The notes below the pieces were generated by a model, which saw nothing but the letters and a program-made list of their open reading frames with translations, did not search any database and was not told where the DNA came from. The position numbers and the translations under genes are program-made. This document shows, in pieces, positions 22,495 to 33,297 of a stretch of DNA of 64,000 bases. The stretch is from Vairimorpha necatrix (lineage: Eukaryota): NCBI GenBank assembly GCA_036630325.1, contig CP142731.1:806001-870000 (forward strand). Direction: 5' to 3'. The number at the start of each line of letters is the position of its first letter. Within the stretch, counting starts at the first letter, position 1.

Positions 22495-23070
22495 TCATCG
22501 GCCTTCTCTACGATTCGGACTTTCCCCCCAAATTTTATTTAGTTTTATAGATTTTGCGCAATTTGGATCGTTAACATATTTAGCCGAATAAACGTGTACC
22601 CATTTCTTCCCCAATTCCTCAAAAGCGATTCTAAAAATAATATTCCCTTCGCCCGTATAATTTTTATGTTTAGCAAATTTAGATGCCGCAACAAAAGGAA
22701 CTCTACATCTATAGATTACTTTCTCTCCTTTTACAAGTATTGGGTTATTGTCTGCGTCGACTTCATAAAAATCTCTAATTTCTTTTTTTTTACAATTAAC
22801 CCAATCATCCATTGATCGTGCTTTATCTTTTAAATCCACAGTTCTTCTCAACGGATTATAAGCATCTCTTTCATCATTTAAGATTTTAGTCCAATTTCCC
22901 ATACCAAATTTTTTTAACCCTCTTTTTAAAGCCTCTACTTCTCCCTGGGTCCATTTTACCGCTGTTCGTTTTTTTTTGTATGCGTATAAATCCACTATAT
23001 CTTCGTCTGCTAATATTTGGTAATTTTTCTCAAGTTCTTCATTATTTTCTTCTTTAGTTAGTCTGGCCAT
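22495..23070 (-). CDS. Myb + MC1-like protein, paralog 4
   Basis: KWTQGEVEALKRGLKKFGMGNWTKIL..RRTVDLKDK (telobox-like); ATG 23070 after CCC. Confidence 0.85.
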   Translation of the reverse strand: MARLTKEENNEELEKNYQILADEDIVDLYAYKKKRTAVKWTQGEVEALKRGLKKFGMGNWTKILNDERDAYNPLRRTVDLKDKARSMDDWVNCKKKEIRDFYEVDADNNPILVKGEKVIYRCRVPFVAASKFAKHKNYTGEGNIIFRIAFEELGKKWVHVYSAKYVNDPNCAKSIKLNKIWGESPNRREGR

Positions 23071-24486
23071 TAAAAGGGTTAAAAAAAATAAGAGGTTAAA
23101 CAAATGCACATGTATGACACATATGATGTGATTATCATTAAAAATATTTAATTTTTATTTTGAATAAAAATTTAACACACAAAAGCAAAAGTTTTAAATA
23201 AAAAAAGAGGTATTTTTTCCTCTAGAATATGTCAAAATTTAAATAAGAAATATACTTTAGTATTATGATTTGCAATGCAATGTGTATACAAATATAATAT
23301 TTGAGCTGTTTTGTTTATCTCTGTGTCAAATTGTAAATTAGATTAAATCGTTAATTAATAACTGACGCAAAAAAAGAAAAACAAACAAAATCTTAAGTAT
23401 TCATTTACATAAAATATAAGAATTTTATGAAAAAAGTGTTAATATATTTCGTTGAGTTATTATAATTATTGTCGCGCGCCCGGCGCGCGACCGCGCCCAG
23501 TGCGCGACCGGAAGAATTCGTGAAGAAATTTTACATAAACATATTGTATGTTCAATCTAACTTCAGAATTGAGGATTAAAAGTGTATTATTAACAAGGTT
23601 ATATACAAAAAGATCTTATTTTTGTAGTAACACTTTACTAACGCCCACTTACATCATGAACATAAACAAAATACAAGATTTTTTAAATTAAAGGTAGATT
23701 TTTGTCAAATTGGGTTAAGCTTTTTTTAATTTTATAAGCGCATTAAGATTATAACAAAGAGATCTAACGGATAACTCATTAAGCTATTTATTTATATGCA
23801 TATACATAAAAAAATTACAAATTTAAGGGTACATTGTATTCAATTATTTCTTTTCATAATGCTTAATTAGCTCTATTTTTATGGTTTGATTTTTATAGAT
23901 CAGCTTAGAAGATTCTTAGAATTTAATTAAACTTCAATTTATAAGAATTTTTATAAACAATAAAAATAAATTAAAAGAAACATTTATATATAAACTAAAG
24001 TAATTTTTTATTACATTAAAAACTCTTAACACAAGTTTTGATTATCTTGGAAAAATAAATTAAAAAAATAAAAATAAGATGTTGTGCTCAAATATAAAGT
24101 TTTAGAAAAAATACCTAAATTTGAGTTCACAAAAATTCATTTTAGTTAATTAGGTACCCATAGCTGTGTAAAGATTACATTTTAGACGCCCGTTCAATAA
24201 ATAGTCTACGAAGGTCATTTGAAAATTATATTTCTAGTACGTTGGTATTTGCATTTTTACACTTTATTCTTTAAAATAACGCACATCATATATATATTAT
24301 AAAATAAATTATATTTAAAAAAACGGGCTTAGTGATATCTTTTTAAACAGATAACTTTCTTAATTCAAAAACATACAATTTTCATGAATAAAACATTAAA
24401 TGTAGTTTTCAATGTATAAATTATATAAAAAGATCGTAAACAACTAAAATTTATAGTAAAACAAATAGTAAAATTTATCTCAAGGC

Positions 24487-25707
24487 TCATTTATTTAATT
24501 TTTTAACCAGATTCATTGATATAATTTCCTCCTTACCTTCGTATTTTAACCTTAATCGGTTATTCGATAAAATTTCTATTACTTCCCGTGGTTCACTATA
24601 AAAAGAACTCAATTTTAGTTTTTTTGTTTTCGTATTAGTGTCGAAATCTTTTTTTACAACCACTAAATCTCCAATAGAAAAATCGTTGATGGAATTATGA
24701 ACACATTTTCTGTCCAATCGAGCCAAATATTTTTCATTACATACTGCATCACTTCCTGTAATCGTGTTTACAGTTGTTTCATCCTCATCAGTGCAATCAT
24801 CATCATTCTCCCTTAGACATGTATTGTATCCAAGGCTTCCGTACCATAACTTATAGGGAGACTTCTTTGTAGCAGAATGTACAGCGGTATTATAGTCATA
24901 AACAACTGTATTAATGACCGCTAGCCAGTTCTTATTGTTAAAACCTTTTTCGCAAAGATGTTTTTGCAGGTAGCGAGTAAGGGTTTGATTAAACCTCTCG
25001 ACTTGTCCTTGACTCTGGGGATGACGAGGTCTGCCATGAATAAGCATTATTTTATTTTGTTTACAAAATTCAACTAATGTTTCATTTTTAAACTCTTTGC
25101 CGTTGTCGCATTGAAGTATAGCAGGAAAGCCTAACGTTTGAAATTTGTATTCTAACCGTGATACGACTTCAGCGGCGGTTTTAGTTTTCAAAGCAGAGAT
25201 AAAAGCATATTTAGAAAATACATCTATTGCTGTGAGTATCCAACTAAAACCATCATTTTCATCACTATAAGTCCTCATATCAACAAGATCAATAATAAAT
25301 CTTTCAAAGGGTCTTTTAGCGACGATGTGCTTGAACTTTTCTTTTGTTTTAAGAGGTTGTGCTGTCATGCATATATTGCATTCACTGCAAACCTCCCTTA
25401 CAATACACCTAGGTATACTGAAGTATTGTTCCTTACACTTATCATAGAGACGGTTCGCGCCATAATGATGCTGCCGATGAAGTCCTTGGACCTCTATTTT
25501 CATAGCTTGGACCATAGTACTTACAAATACTCTTTTGTGCCAGCCCCCCACATCCTTCAAGAAAAGAATGTTATCCACAAGAATAAAACTTTGGGATTTC
25601 TTCTTTAGCCTATATTTTAAATGTTTGTCACATTCTAGGCTAACCTCATCCCCTTTGAGTATTTGGACAAGCCGATCATACTCAACTTGGTCTTTTACTT
25701 CTTTCAT
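24487..25707 (-). CDS. Integrase-type (rve) DDE transposase
   Basis: HHCC (HRQHH..CNIC), IIDLVDM, LQCDNGKEF, PQSQGQVERFNQTL; uninterrupted. Confidence 0.92.
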   Translation of the reverse strand: MKEVKDQVEYDRLVQILKGDEVSLECDKHLKYRLKKKSQSFILVDNILFLKDVGGWHKRVFVSTMVQAMKIEVQGLHRQHHYGANRLYDKCKEQYFSIPRCIVREVCSECNICMTAQPLKTKEKFKHIVAKRPFERFIIDLVDMRTYSDENDGFSWILTAIDVFSKYAFISALKTKTAAEVVSRLEYKFQTLGFPAILQCDNGKEFKNETLVEFCKQNKIMLIHGRPRHPQSQGQVERFNQTLTRYLQKHLCEKGFNNKNWLAVINTVVYDYNTAVHSATKKSPYKLWYGSLGYNTCLRENDDDCTDEDETTVNTITGSDAVCNEKYLARLDRKCVHNSINDFSIGDLVVVKKDFDTNTKTKKLKLSSFYSEPREVIEILSNNRLRLKYEGKEEIISMNLVKKLNK

Positions 25708-25775
25708 AGAGGGTAAAGAAAAAATTTTTTTTAAAATGATGAATCTGTACTATAATTATTTGCAAAATATTTTAG

Positions 25776-25851
25776 TCAACCAGCTTGGCACAGTGGTTGT
25801 TATGGTCAATTGTTACTTTGAAGGTCGTAGGTTCGAATCCCACGTGTTGAA
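25776..25851 (+). ncRNA. tRNA-like (pseudo-tRNA) sequence with Pol III A and B boxes inside the transposon
   Basis: A box TGGCACAGTGG, B box GGTTCGAATCC, partial acceptor stem TCAAC/GTTGA; anticodon arm poorly paired (TTGTTAC loop, Asn-like). Confidence 0.6.
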
Positions 25852-27084
25852 AATTTATGTAGGGGTCATAAAAAGATAGTTGAATAATCATAAACAGTTA
25901 ACATACAGAATACATAACTTGTATAATTACAAATTTCAAATGTTAAAAATTCTGTTAGGTTAAAAAAATTAGGAAAAAATCCGGTCGCGCACTGGGCGCG
26001 GTCGCTCGTTGGGCGCGCGACAATTATTAATGATAGTTACCTATCTATCTACTTTCAAAATATAAGAGGTTAATTTAATCTTTAAGCTCTTTTTTGTAGG
26101 TTTCAATCTTAATTTTTGTAGGCTTATTTGACTATTTATATACTAAAAATGCACTTAATGAAAAGACTTGATAGTTATTATTGTGCGTACTTCTGGTAGA
26201 AAATTTTCTAATATTTTTTAAAAAATTTTATTCGATAAAACATACTTAAGAAAATTTTCAAAGTCGATTTTTCTAATTTCAACCTCTGTCTATAAAACTG
26301 AAAAAACATAAACACATAAATATTAAAGTCGAAAAAACAAAATGGCAACAAATATAGCTTGAAAGTGTTTTAAAATAATTTTTACCGCTTGATATTAGCA
26401 TAAGGGTATTTTTACATTCCACAAAACCTCTTTCTCTGATTTTTAAATTAGGTTAATTATAGGAGAAAATCAGAACTAAAATGAAAAATGTAGTAAAAAA
26501 TTATTTTTCGATTAGGACATTCTTTAGCTAGTAGCAATATATACGTTCACATTCATGAATATGGTTATATAATAATTAAACATTGACTTCAAGTGATATT
26601 TTTTTGTTTTTAAAAATGATATTGTTTGTATAACTAAGTTAAAGATCAATTGTACTTATTAAAAAACAAATGTCAAAAATCTTTTAGTCCTGAAATTTGA
26701 TCAAGTACGTTGGCTTTTTAAATCCCGACTGTAAAATTTTTTAATGATTTTTAAAATAAGTAAAATCTCTTGGGTATGAAAATCGACTATATTAAGTTTT
26801 ATTGATACAATCTATAAGTCAAAGGTTTATTTTATTAAGTAAAAAATTTTAAAAAGTTATGCTTTTAACTATTTAAAACGTTTACAAATATCACTAAACG
26901 TGAAAATTTTGATGTTTCAAGTTAATCAAACCAAATTCTCAACGACACCTTTTTTTACGATCGGAATTCGATGTTTCCCTTTTTATTTCGCGATTTTTGT
27001 AATTTTTTTACAATTTTGCTAAAAAATTTGCTAACAAAAAAAAGATGAAATGTTATATGGTTTATTAAATTAGTTTCTATTGAT

Positions 27085-27660
27085 CTACATACCATCTCTA
27101 CGGTATGGACTTTGCCCTGCTAATTTTCTTACGTTTATAGATTTACGCTTAGCTGACCCATTATTGTATCTGGCCACATAAATGTGTATCCATAACTTTT
27201 CGTTTTCTTCATAAGCGATTCTTATAATAATATTAACATTTTCCTTAAAACTTTTAGAAAAAGCGCAATATCTTGCTGCTTGATGGGGATGTTTACATTT
27301 ATATAGTACCTTTTCCCCATTTACACATATAGGATTACTTTCATTGTCAACCTCCCAAAAAAATTTATGTGGATGTTTGGCGCCTGTTGGTCCATTTTCT
27401 ACACATCTATATTTATCACACAAATCTTTCATTCTTCTTTCTGGTCTAAAGTCATCTTTGTAAAATTCTAGAATTTCTTTCCATTTTCCTTTACCAAATT
27501 TTTTTATTCCTTTTTTCAATGTTTCCAGTTCTTCCTGTGTCCAAGTAATTCTTTTTCTCTTGTCTGCATAAGCATATATACCTTCTAATTCTTCATCCGT
27601 CATTGTTTCTGGTTTTATATGTAATTCAATAATATTTTCATTTTCTTTAGGTGTGTCCAT
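27085..27660 (-). CDS. Myb + MC1-like protein, paralog 5 (most diverged)
   Basis: KRKRITWTQEELETLKKGIKKFGKGKWKEIL..DLCDKYR; C-terminal YKCKHPHQAARYCA..IIIRIAYEE..IHIY. Confidence 0.85.
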   Translation of the reverse strand: MDTPKENENIIELHIKPETMTDEELEGIYAYADKRKRITWTQEELETLKKGIKKFGKGKWKEILEFYKDDFRPERRMKDLCDKYRCVENGPTGAKHPHKFFWEVDNESNPICVNGEKVLYKCKHPHQAARYCAFSKSFKENVNIIIRIAYEENEKLWIHIYVARYNNGSAKRKSINVRKLAGQSPYRRDGM

Positions 27661-27715
27661 CAACAAGGGAAGAAAAAGTAGTTAACAATAAAAAAATATA
27701 TATATTCGAATTCAT

Positions 27716-29272
27716 TTATTTTTTGGAATAGTCAATTTCTGGGTGTTTACCTATTCCATCACATATATCATACACATGTTGCGCAATTTTAAGAGCCAAT
27801 ATATCAGCATCTTTTTGGTTTGCACATTCCGCGTAAACGCGTACCAAATCTTCAGTTCCAGATGGTCGAACAAATCCACGTCCTTGGGATTTTTCTACCT
27901 CTTCATTAATTTTTTCTTGTAAATTTCCTGGGGTAATAACTTTGTTTTGTTCATTAGTAGTGATCACATTTTTATTTTTTATTCTCACTGCTAGAAGCCT
28001 CGATCCATTTTCATTATAATTTTTTAAGTCTGTTGTATCATCTATAATAGACTTTAAAACCAGAAGATTAGCTAAAGCATCGCCAATATTTGGATCAAAT
28101 AGGTTGGACAATATCTGTAGAATTCTATGCTCAAACGTATTCCCGGAAGAAAAGGCCTTTATAGCCAAATTTGAAAATATTACGCTACCATGTCCATTGG
28201 GCTCGAAATAAATTCCTATGTCATATTTTTTTGCCGCTTTGACAAAATTTTTTACACCTGTTTGTACCATTTCAGTTTCAACTTTTTTTAAAGAACTTAA
28301 ACAACCTCCGTTACTATAAAAGGACAATATTACGCCCATTTTTAACTTTATTTCTGTCTTTTCTAAAAGTTTTGTGAAATATTTTGACAAGATAATGGCT
28401 TGCGCATCGCCGTCCAACATTTCAAACCCATTTTTTAAAGTAAAAAGTATTAGACGATCGGCGTCTCCGTCGAAACTAGCAAACAATTGATGATTTTTAG
28501 AAGATTTAAAATCATATTTTAAAATTGGCAATTTTTTTTGCGTGTTCACGAAATCCGCTCCACATTTTTCATTTAATATTCCACTTTCGTCATTAATAAT
28601 TTGAATATTAAAATCATCGAGAATATTTTGTTCTACAATTCCGTTCGCGGTATCTGCTAATATTGGTGTATCAATTTGTGTTAAATTTTTTAGTTGAGAA
28701 AGATTGTCTAAGAGATGGTTTAGGTAGGCGCTTTTATCAACTAATGAATTTGATTCATTTGACTTTCTAATTAGAAAATGCATTTGTGGTGTACTCACTT
28801 CTCCATAATCCTCTATAATACAGTCTACTTGTGCCAAAACTTCTTTTATTTTATCGGAAATAAAACCACCCGACACTCTAGTATCTCTGCCTATAACTAC
28901 ATGTCCTGTAATACCATCGTTAATATCGCAAAGATTGCTATTTTTTCTTAGAATTTTATTCAAATTATTGTGAAAATCTTTATCTTCACAATTTACCAAG
29001 TCATCGCTACACTTTTCCCATGATTTATCTAGCATATTTCCATTATGGTCTATAAATTTTACGCCGTTATAATCTATCGGGTTATGACTAGCAGTGATCA
29101 TAATTCCTATGCGCTTTCCTGCGAAAGATGCAGATCTAAGGTATGCGATAAATGATGACCTACATATAATATTTACAAGATCATCTGTGTTACTCCTATA
29201 ACCTGCTGTGCCATAGTAGGCCTTTTCACTTGGTTTTTTAAGTTGTTCAACAATTTTAATTTTCCTATTCAT
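27716..29272 (-). CDS. PCM1: Phosphoacetylglucosamine mutase
   Basis: YGTAGYR, MITASHNP, DGDADR, YFEPNGHG, FVRPSGTED. Confidence 0.95.
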   Translation of the reverse strand: MNRKIKIVEQLKKPSEKAYYGTAGYRSNTDDLVNIICRSSFIAYLRSASFAGKRIGIMITASHNPIDYNGVKFIDHNGNMLDKSWEKCSDDLVNCEDKDFHNNLNKILRKNSNLCDINDGITGHVVIGRDTRVSGGFISDKIKEVLAQVDCIIEDYGEVSTPQMHFLIRKSNESNSLVDKSAYLNHLLDNLSQLKNLTQIDTPILADTANGIVEQNILDDFNIQIINDESGILNEKCGADFVNTQKKLPILKYDFKSSKNHQLFASFDGDADRLILFTLKNGFEMLDGDAQAIILSKYFTKLLEKTEIKLKMGVILSFYSNGGCLSSLKKVETEMVQTGVKNFVKAAKKYDIGIYFEPNGHGSVIFSNLAIKAFSSGNTFEHRILQILSNLFDPNIGDALANLLVLKSIIDDTTDLKNYNENGSRLLAVRIKNKNVITTNEQNKVITPGNLQEKINEEVEKSQGRGFVRPSGTEDLVRVYAECANQKDADILALKIAQHVYDICDGIGKHPEIDYSKK

Positions 29273-29362
29273 TTTTAGGGTCGATTTTTTTGTGTAAACA
29301 AATGTTAAAAAATTATCAATTTATTTTTTATGAGAAATTTAAAGTTATATTATTTTTAAGGT

Positions 29363-31547
29363 TTATTTTGTCCATGGATTTTCTTCTTCAATTTTAACAA
29401 CAATATTTTTACTGATTTCCAGTGGGGCTGATATTTCTTCATTTTCAGTTATATTTGATTTTTCAGGTTCCAGATTTTTTTTCATACTAAAATATAATTC
29501 ATAACAACTAGACAAGGTAAATGACTTGATTTTAAGTTCATTTAGCCCAAATAAGCTTGAAATTCCATTTTGCTCTTTTTCATTTACCGTTATTAATTTC
29601 TTATCCTTTTCTAAATTAATTATTTTATCTTTTAGATTTATTGTTATAATAAGACTATTAATCAATTTATCAATATTGTCTCGGATTTCATCCCCAAGCA
29701 GAAGAAGATTTTTCTCATCAAATTCATTTAACAAATTCTTTTTACTATCAAAAATTGATACAATGGATTTGTTGTTAGAATTTTGTAATTTATTTAATAA
29801 ATTAGAATATTTTTGGCAAATTTTATTTAAATTAAAAATTTGAAAAAAGTGTATAAATTTGGATCTAGTCACAGATACAAAAACAATGCTCCATTCTCTT
29901 GTCAGACCTCTTTTAATTTTATACATGCCGTATTTTATAGGTTCAATATTTTTATAAATATTTATATCTTTTTTACTTAAATCAATATTCATATTTTGCA
30001 TTATTTCTTCATACGCGTTAATTATTTTTGACTCGTTTACCTCCTTACCATTTTCTGAAGAAACGTCATAGTACTTTTCAGTATTATGAGATATGCTAAA
30101 TTTCAAATGAGAAATTTCTGACAGGTCCGAGTACAAAACCTTTTGCTCCTTACAAAATTTATTTAGTAACTGCGTGTACAAGTCTTGAATATTTAGAAAT
30201 TTATCAGTGTACATCGATTTCATTCCACTTATCACAAAATCATTATTTTCTTTATAATTGTACGGAGGTGGGGTACTTTAGACCCCCCCCTTTGAAGCGC
30301 TTCAATTTTTTTTTCGAACCCCAAAATTGAAGTGCAAAAAAAAAGAGGAGCAAGAAAGGGACAAAAATTACTAAGCACTTATGACATTAAAAACAATAAA
30401 TAAATATATATTTATGTACACAATTATATTTTAATACAAGTTTTTACAATAATATAAACCAATAAGCATTTTTTGCCCTTCTGATTTTTTAGAATTGGGG
30501 ACAAAAACGCTCCCCTCTGAGAGTGTTCACTTTATAATTTTGAACCCCAAAAACGAAGTGCAAAATAAACGAGAAGCAATCATTAGTACTCAAATTACTT
30601 GCATCTTCAAACAGTAAAAACACCAAATAAATATATATTTGTATTCGAAATTTAATTTAAAAAAAGAATATAACCATAAAACTATATAATTCTAAATAAC
30701 TTAACATATTTAAATTAAATTTTTTGATTTAACAATCTGTATAGATCGTTGAACATTTATTTAAATTTTCTTATATAAATAATATTTATAATTTTAAGTG
30801 TTGGTTTATTATTAAAGTAGATTTTCTTCAAAAATCTACTTTCATAATAAACCAACACTTAAAAAAAATTGAAAAAATAAGAAGGGCAAAAAGACACAAT
30901 ACTTCAAATGGTTATTATAAATAAATCTAAAATTAATTTTTGTATAAGAGCATATGTTTATTTATTGTTTTTAATATCATAAGTACTAAGTAATTTTTGT
31001 CCCTTTCTTGCTCCTCTTTTTTTTTGCACTTCAATTTTGGGGTTCGAAAAAAAAATTGAAGCGCTTCAAAGGGGGGGGGTCTAAAGTATCCTTCACCCTA
31101 ATTGTACATATTTTTAATGGCTGTTTTGAGACAAATATCTGTAATCCAAGGATCTTTATTCATGATCCAACTTTCTAAATGTGCTATTTTTGCCTTTTCT
31201 AGTTCTTTATTTTTTTGCTCTTCCTGTTCAATAACTTTTGATAGGTTAGTTTCAATATGTAAAATTTCTTCATTTACTTGATTTTCTAGATCATTTAATT
31301 CTTTAAATAGCTCGATATAGGAATTTGAAGCATGGTCAAACATTTCCTTTTGCTTGGCGCTTAATTCTACTAAGTTTAATAAATTCGTGTCATTCCATTC
31401 AGTGTCCCTTGGAAGTTGAGTCGCGCGAGATAAAACATCTGAGGACTTCTTAAATACGACGTCGAGGCATTCAAAATAGTTTCTTATGAATTCAATTTTA
31501 GTTTTCAATGTTTGATAATAATGAATTAACCTTTTGACCTCATCCAT
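29363..31547 (-). pseudogene. Coiled-coil/BAR + PH-domain gene (Slm1-like architecture) interrupted by a MITE
   Basis: Removing 30264-31098 and one TSD joins ..IKNMYN to YKENNDFVISGMKS.. in frame (446 aa); PH-like YGMYKIKRGLTREWSIVFVSVTRSKFIHFF. Confidence 0.8.
30264..31098. mobile_element. Mutator-type MITE (family A, copy 2)
   Basis: Long TIRs; perfect 9-bp TSD TAATTGTAC at 30255-30263 and 31099-31107. Confidence 0.93.
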
Positions 31548-31745
31548 TTTTTTATTTACAATGAATTAATTATTATTGTTTTACATTAAAATGATGTGAC
31601 ACAATATGAAACGAGATACAATAAATAATAAATAAAATAATGTAATGACTTGGTACAAGTCATTACATTAGACTAATAAGATCCTAATATATTTTTTTTT
31701 TTCAATAGGTAAAAATTTTTAAGTTGTATTTTTTTTATTTTTACA

Positions 31746-33158
31746 TTATTTGCTCCCAAGACAGCTCTTGATAATTTCAATACATTCATCTTTGAGTTTT
31801 ACATCAAATGTTATTGGTTTATATTTCTTCAAACATTCAACAATTTCCCCATCACAAGCAATAATGATTCTTATTTCATTTGTAAAATCAAAAATTAATG
31901 TGCTGTCTGCCATAACAAACAACAGTCCATTTTTTATTTTTCTTATTTTCATAATAAATGATGGTTCACAGTCCAAATACTCAAAATCATGGACAAAAGT
32001 ATCTATAAAATATTTCAGGACACGATAACATGGCATTATGTCTTCGGGAATGTTTTCTATAAAATGTTCTTCTCTTAAAAAAGTTTTCTTACCGTCAATT
32101 ACTTCGGTCTGAATAAAAATTATACTACGTTTTTTTAACATTATATTTTTTTTATCATTAAAATAAAATCCACATAGTCCAGATTTTAACACATAACCTA
32201 TTCCTTTTAATTTATTAATTGGAATGCTATATAGCACATAATCTTTGGTGACATTAGTTTCTTTATATTTGTTTGTTATTATGTTTCTGTAAATTCTTAA
32301 CAAAAAATGTTCTCTTTTATTTAAAAATTTGTGCTGTAAAATTTCTTCTAAACCAGGTCTTTCCATTGGATCGAGTGTCAAAATTGAATTTATCAAATCA
32401 ATGGCTTCACTAGAAAGATCGCAATCTTCTGGATAAATATAGTTATTTCTTTTTATTTCTTTGTAAATTTCTTCTACATTTTTCTTTTGAAAAGGCGGAA
32501 CACCAATTAATAATGTGTAGATTATAACACCCAATGACCAAATGTCTACTTCATATGAATGTCCTCCTTCTTTACCAAATAAAACTTCTGGCGCAATATA
32601 ATTTGGAGTACCACACATTGTAATTTTACGCTCGCCTTCTTTGATTAAGGCGGATAGACCAAAATCGCCGATTTTTATATTCATTTTTGAATCTAAAAAA
32701 AGATTTCCTAGTTTCAAGTCTCTATGAACTACGTGAACATCGTTGTGCAAATATAAAAGACCATTAATGATTTGTTTTACGAAATTAATAACGTATCTTT
32801 CTTTAAGTTTACCATTTCGTTTTAAAAGAGAATCTAATCCACCTCGTTCGCACAATTCTAAGACCATAAAAATGTAGTCTTCATTCTTAAAATGTCTATA
32901 CATTTTCACCACATTTTCATGATTTAATTTCATGTGTATTTCAATCTCAGATTTGAGTTTTTCGTGCACTTTTTTGCTTTTAATTTCCTTCAATTTAACT
33001 ATTTTCATAGCAAAAGTTTCTCCATCATCTTGTTCTATAAGATAACATTGAGCATATGCCCCTCTACCCAGTAATTTTTTTATAATATAGTTTGTATGGT
33101 ATTCTGGGTCTACTATCGTTGTACCAACTTGAAAATACAATTCGACTTTAGAAGCCAT
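31746..33158 (-). CDS. CDC5: Polo-like kinase
   Basis: LGRGAYAQC, HRDLKLGN, GDFGL, CGTPNYIAPE; C-terminal polo-box-like region. Confidence 0.92.
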   Translation of the reverse strand: MASKVELYFQVGTTIVDPEYHTNYIIKKLLGRGAYAQCYLIEQDDGETFAMKIVKLKEIKSKKVHEKLKSEIEIHMKLNHENVVKMYRHFKNEDYIFMVLELCERGGLDSLLKRNGKLKERYVINFVKQIINGLLYLHNDVHVVHRDLKLGNLFLDSKMNIKIGDFGLSALIKEGERKITMCGTPNYIAPEVLFGKEGGHSYEVDIWSLGVIIYTLLIGVPPFQKKNVEEIYKEIKRNNYIYPEDCDLSSEAIDLINSILTLDPMERPGLEEILQHKFLNKREHFLLRIYRNIITNKYKETNVTKDYVLYSIPINKLKGIGYVLKSGLCGFYFNDKKNIMLKKRSIIFIQTEVIDGKKTFLREEHFIENIPEDIMPCYRVLKYFIDTFVHDFEYLDCEPSFIMKIRKIKNGLLFVMADSTLIFDFTNEIRIIIACDGEIVECLKKYKPITFDVKLKDECIEIIKSCLGSK

Positions 33159-33297
33159 CTAAGGGATATTTTTTTTCATAAAAAAATTAGAAATAATCTT
33201 AAATTTTTTATTGGTTTTTTTTTTGATTAATTGATTGAAACATTTGATCTTTATATTTGTTTGGTGCATCATTTTATTATTATTTCACTAGCCCCTT

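Larger units (their letters stand above)
23470..26022 (-). mobile_element. Ginger-like DNA transposon with retroviral-type integrase
   Basis: 43-bp GC-rich TIRs 23470-23512 and 25980-26022 (TGT...ACA, 3 mismatches); 5-bp TSD ATTAT; single integrase ORF, no LTR or RT. Confidence 0.88.

Noticed and set aside
30264-31098. MITE acting as a spliceosomal intron
   Set aside because: Minus-strand ends (GGGTGAAG...CCTCC) lack a terminal AG and a GTAAGT-type donor
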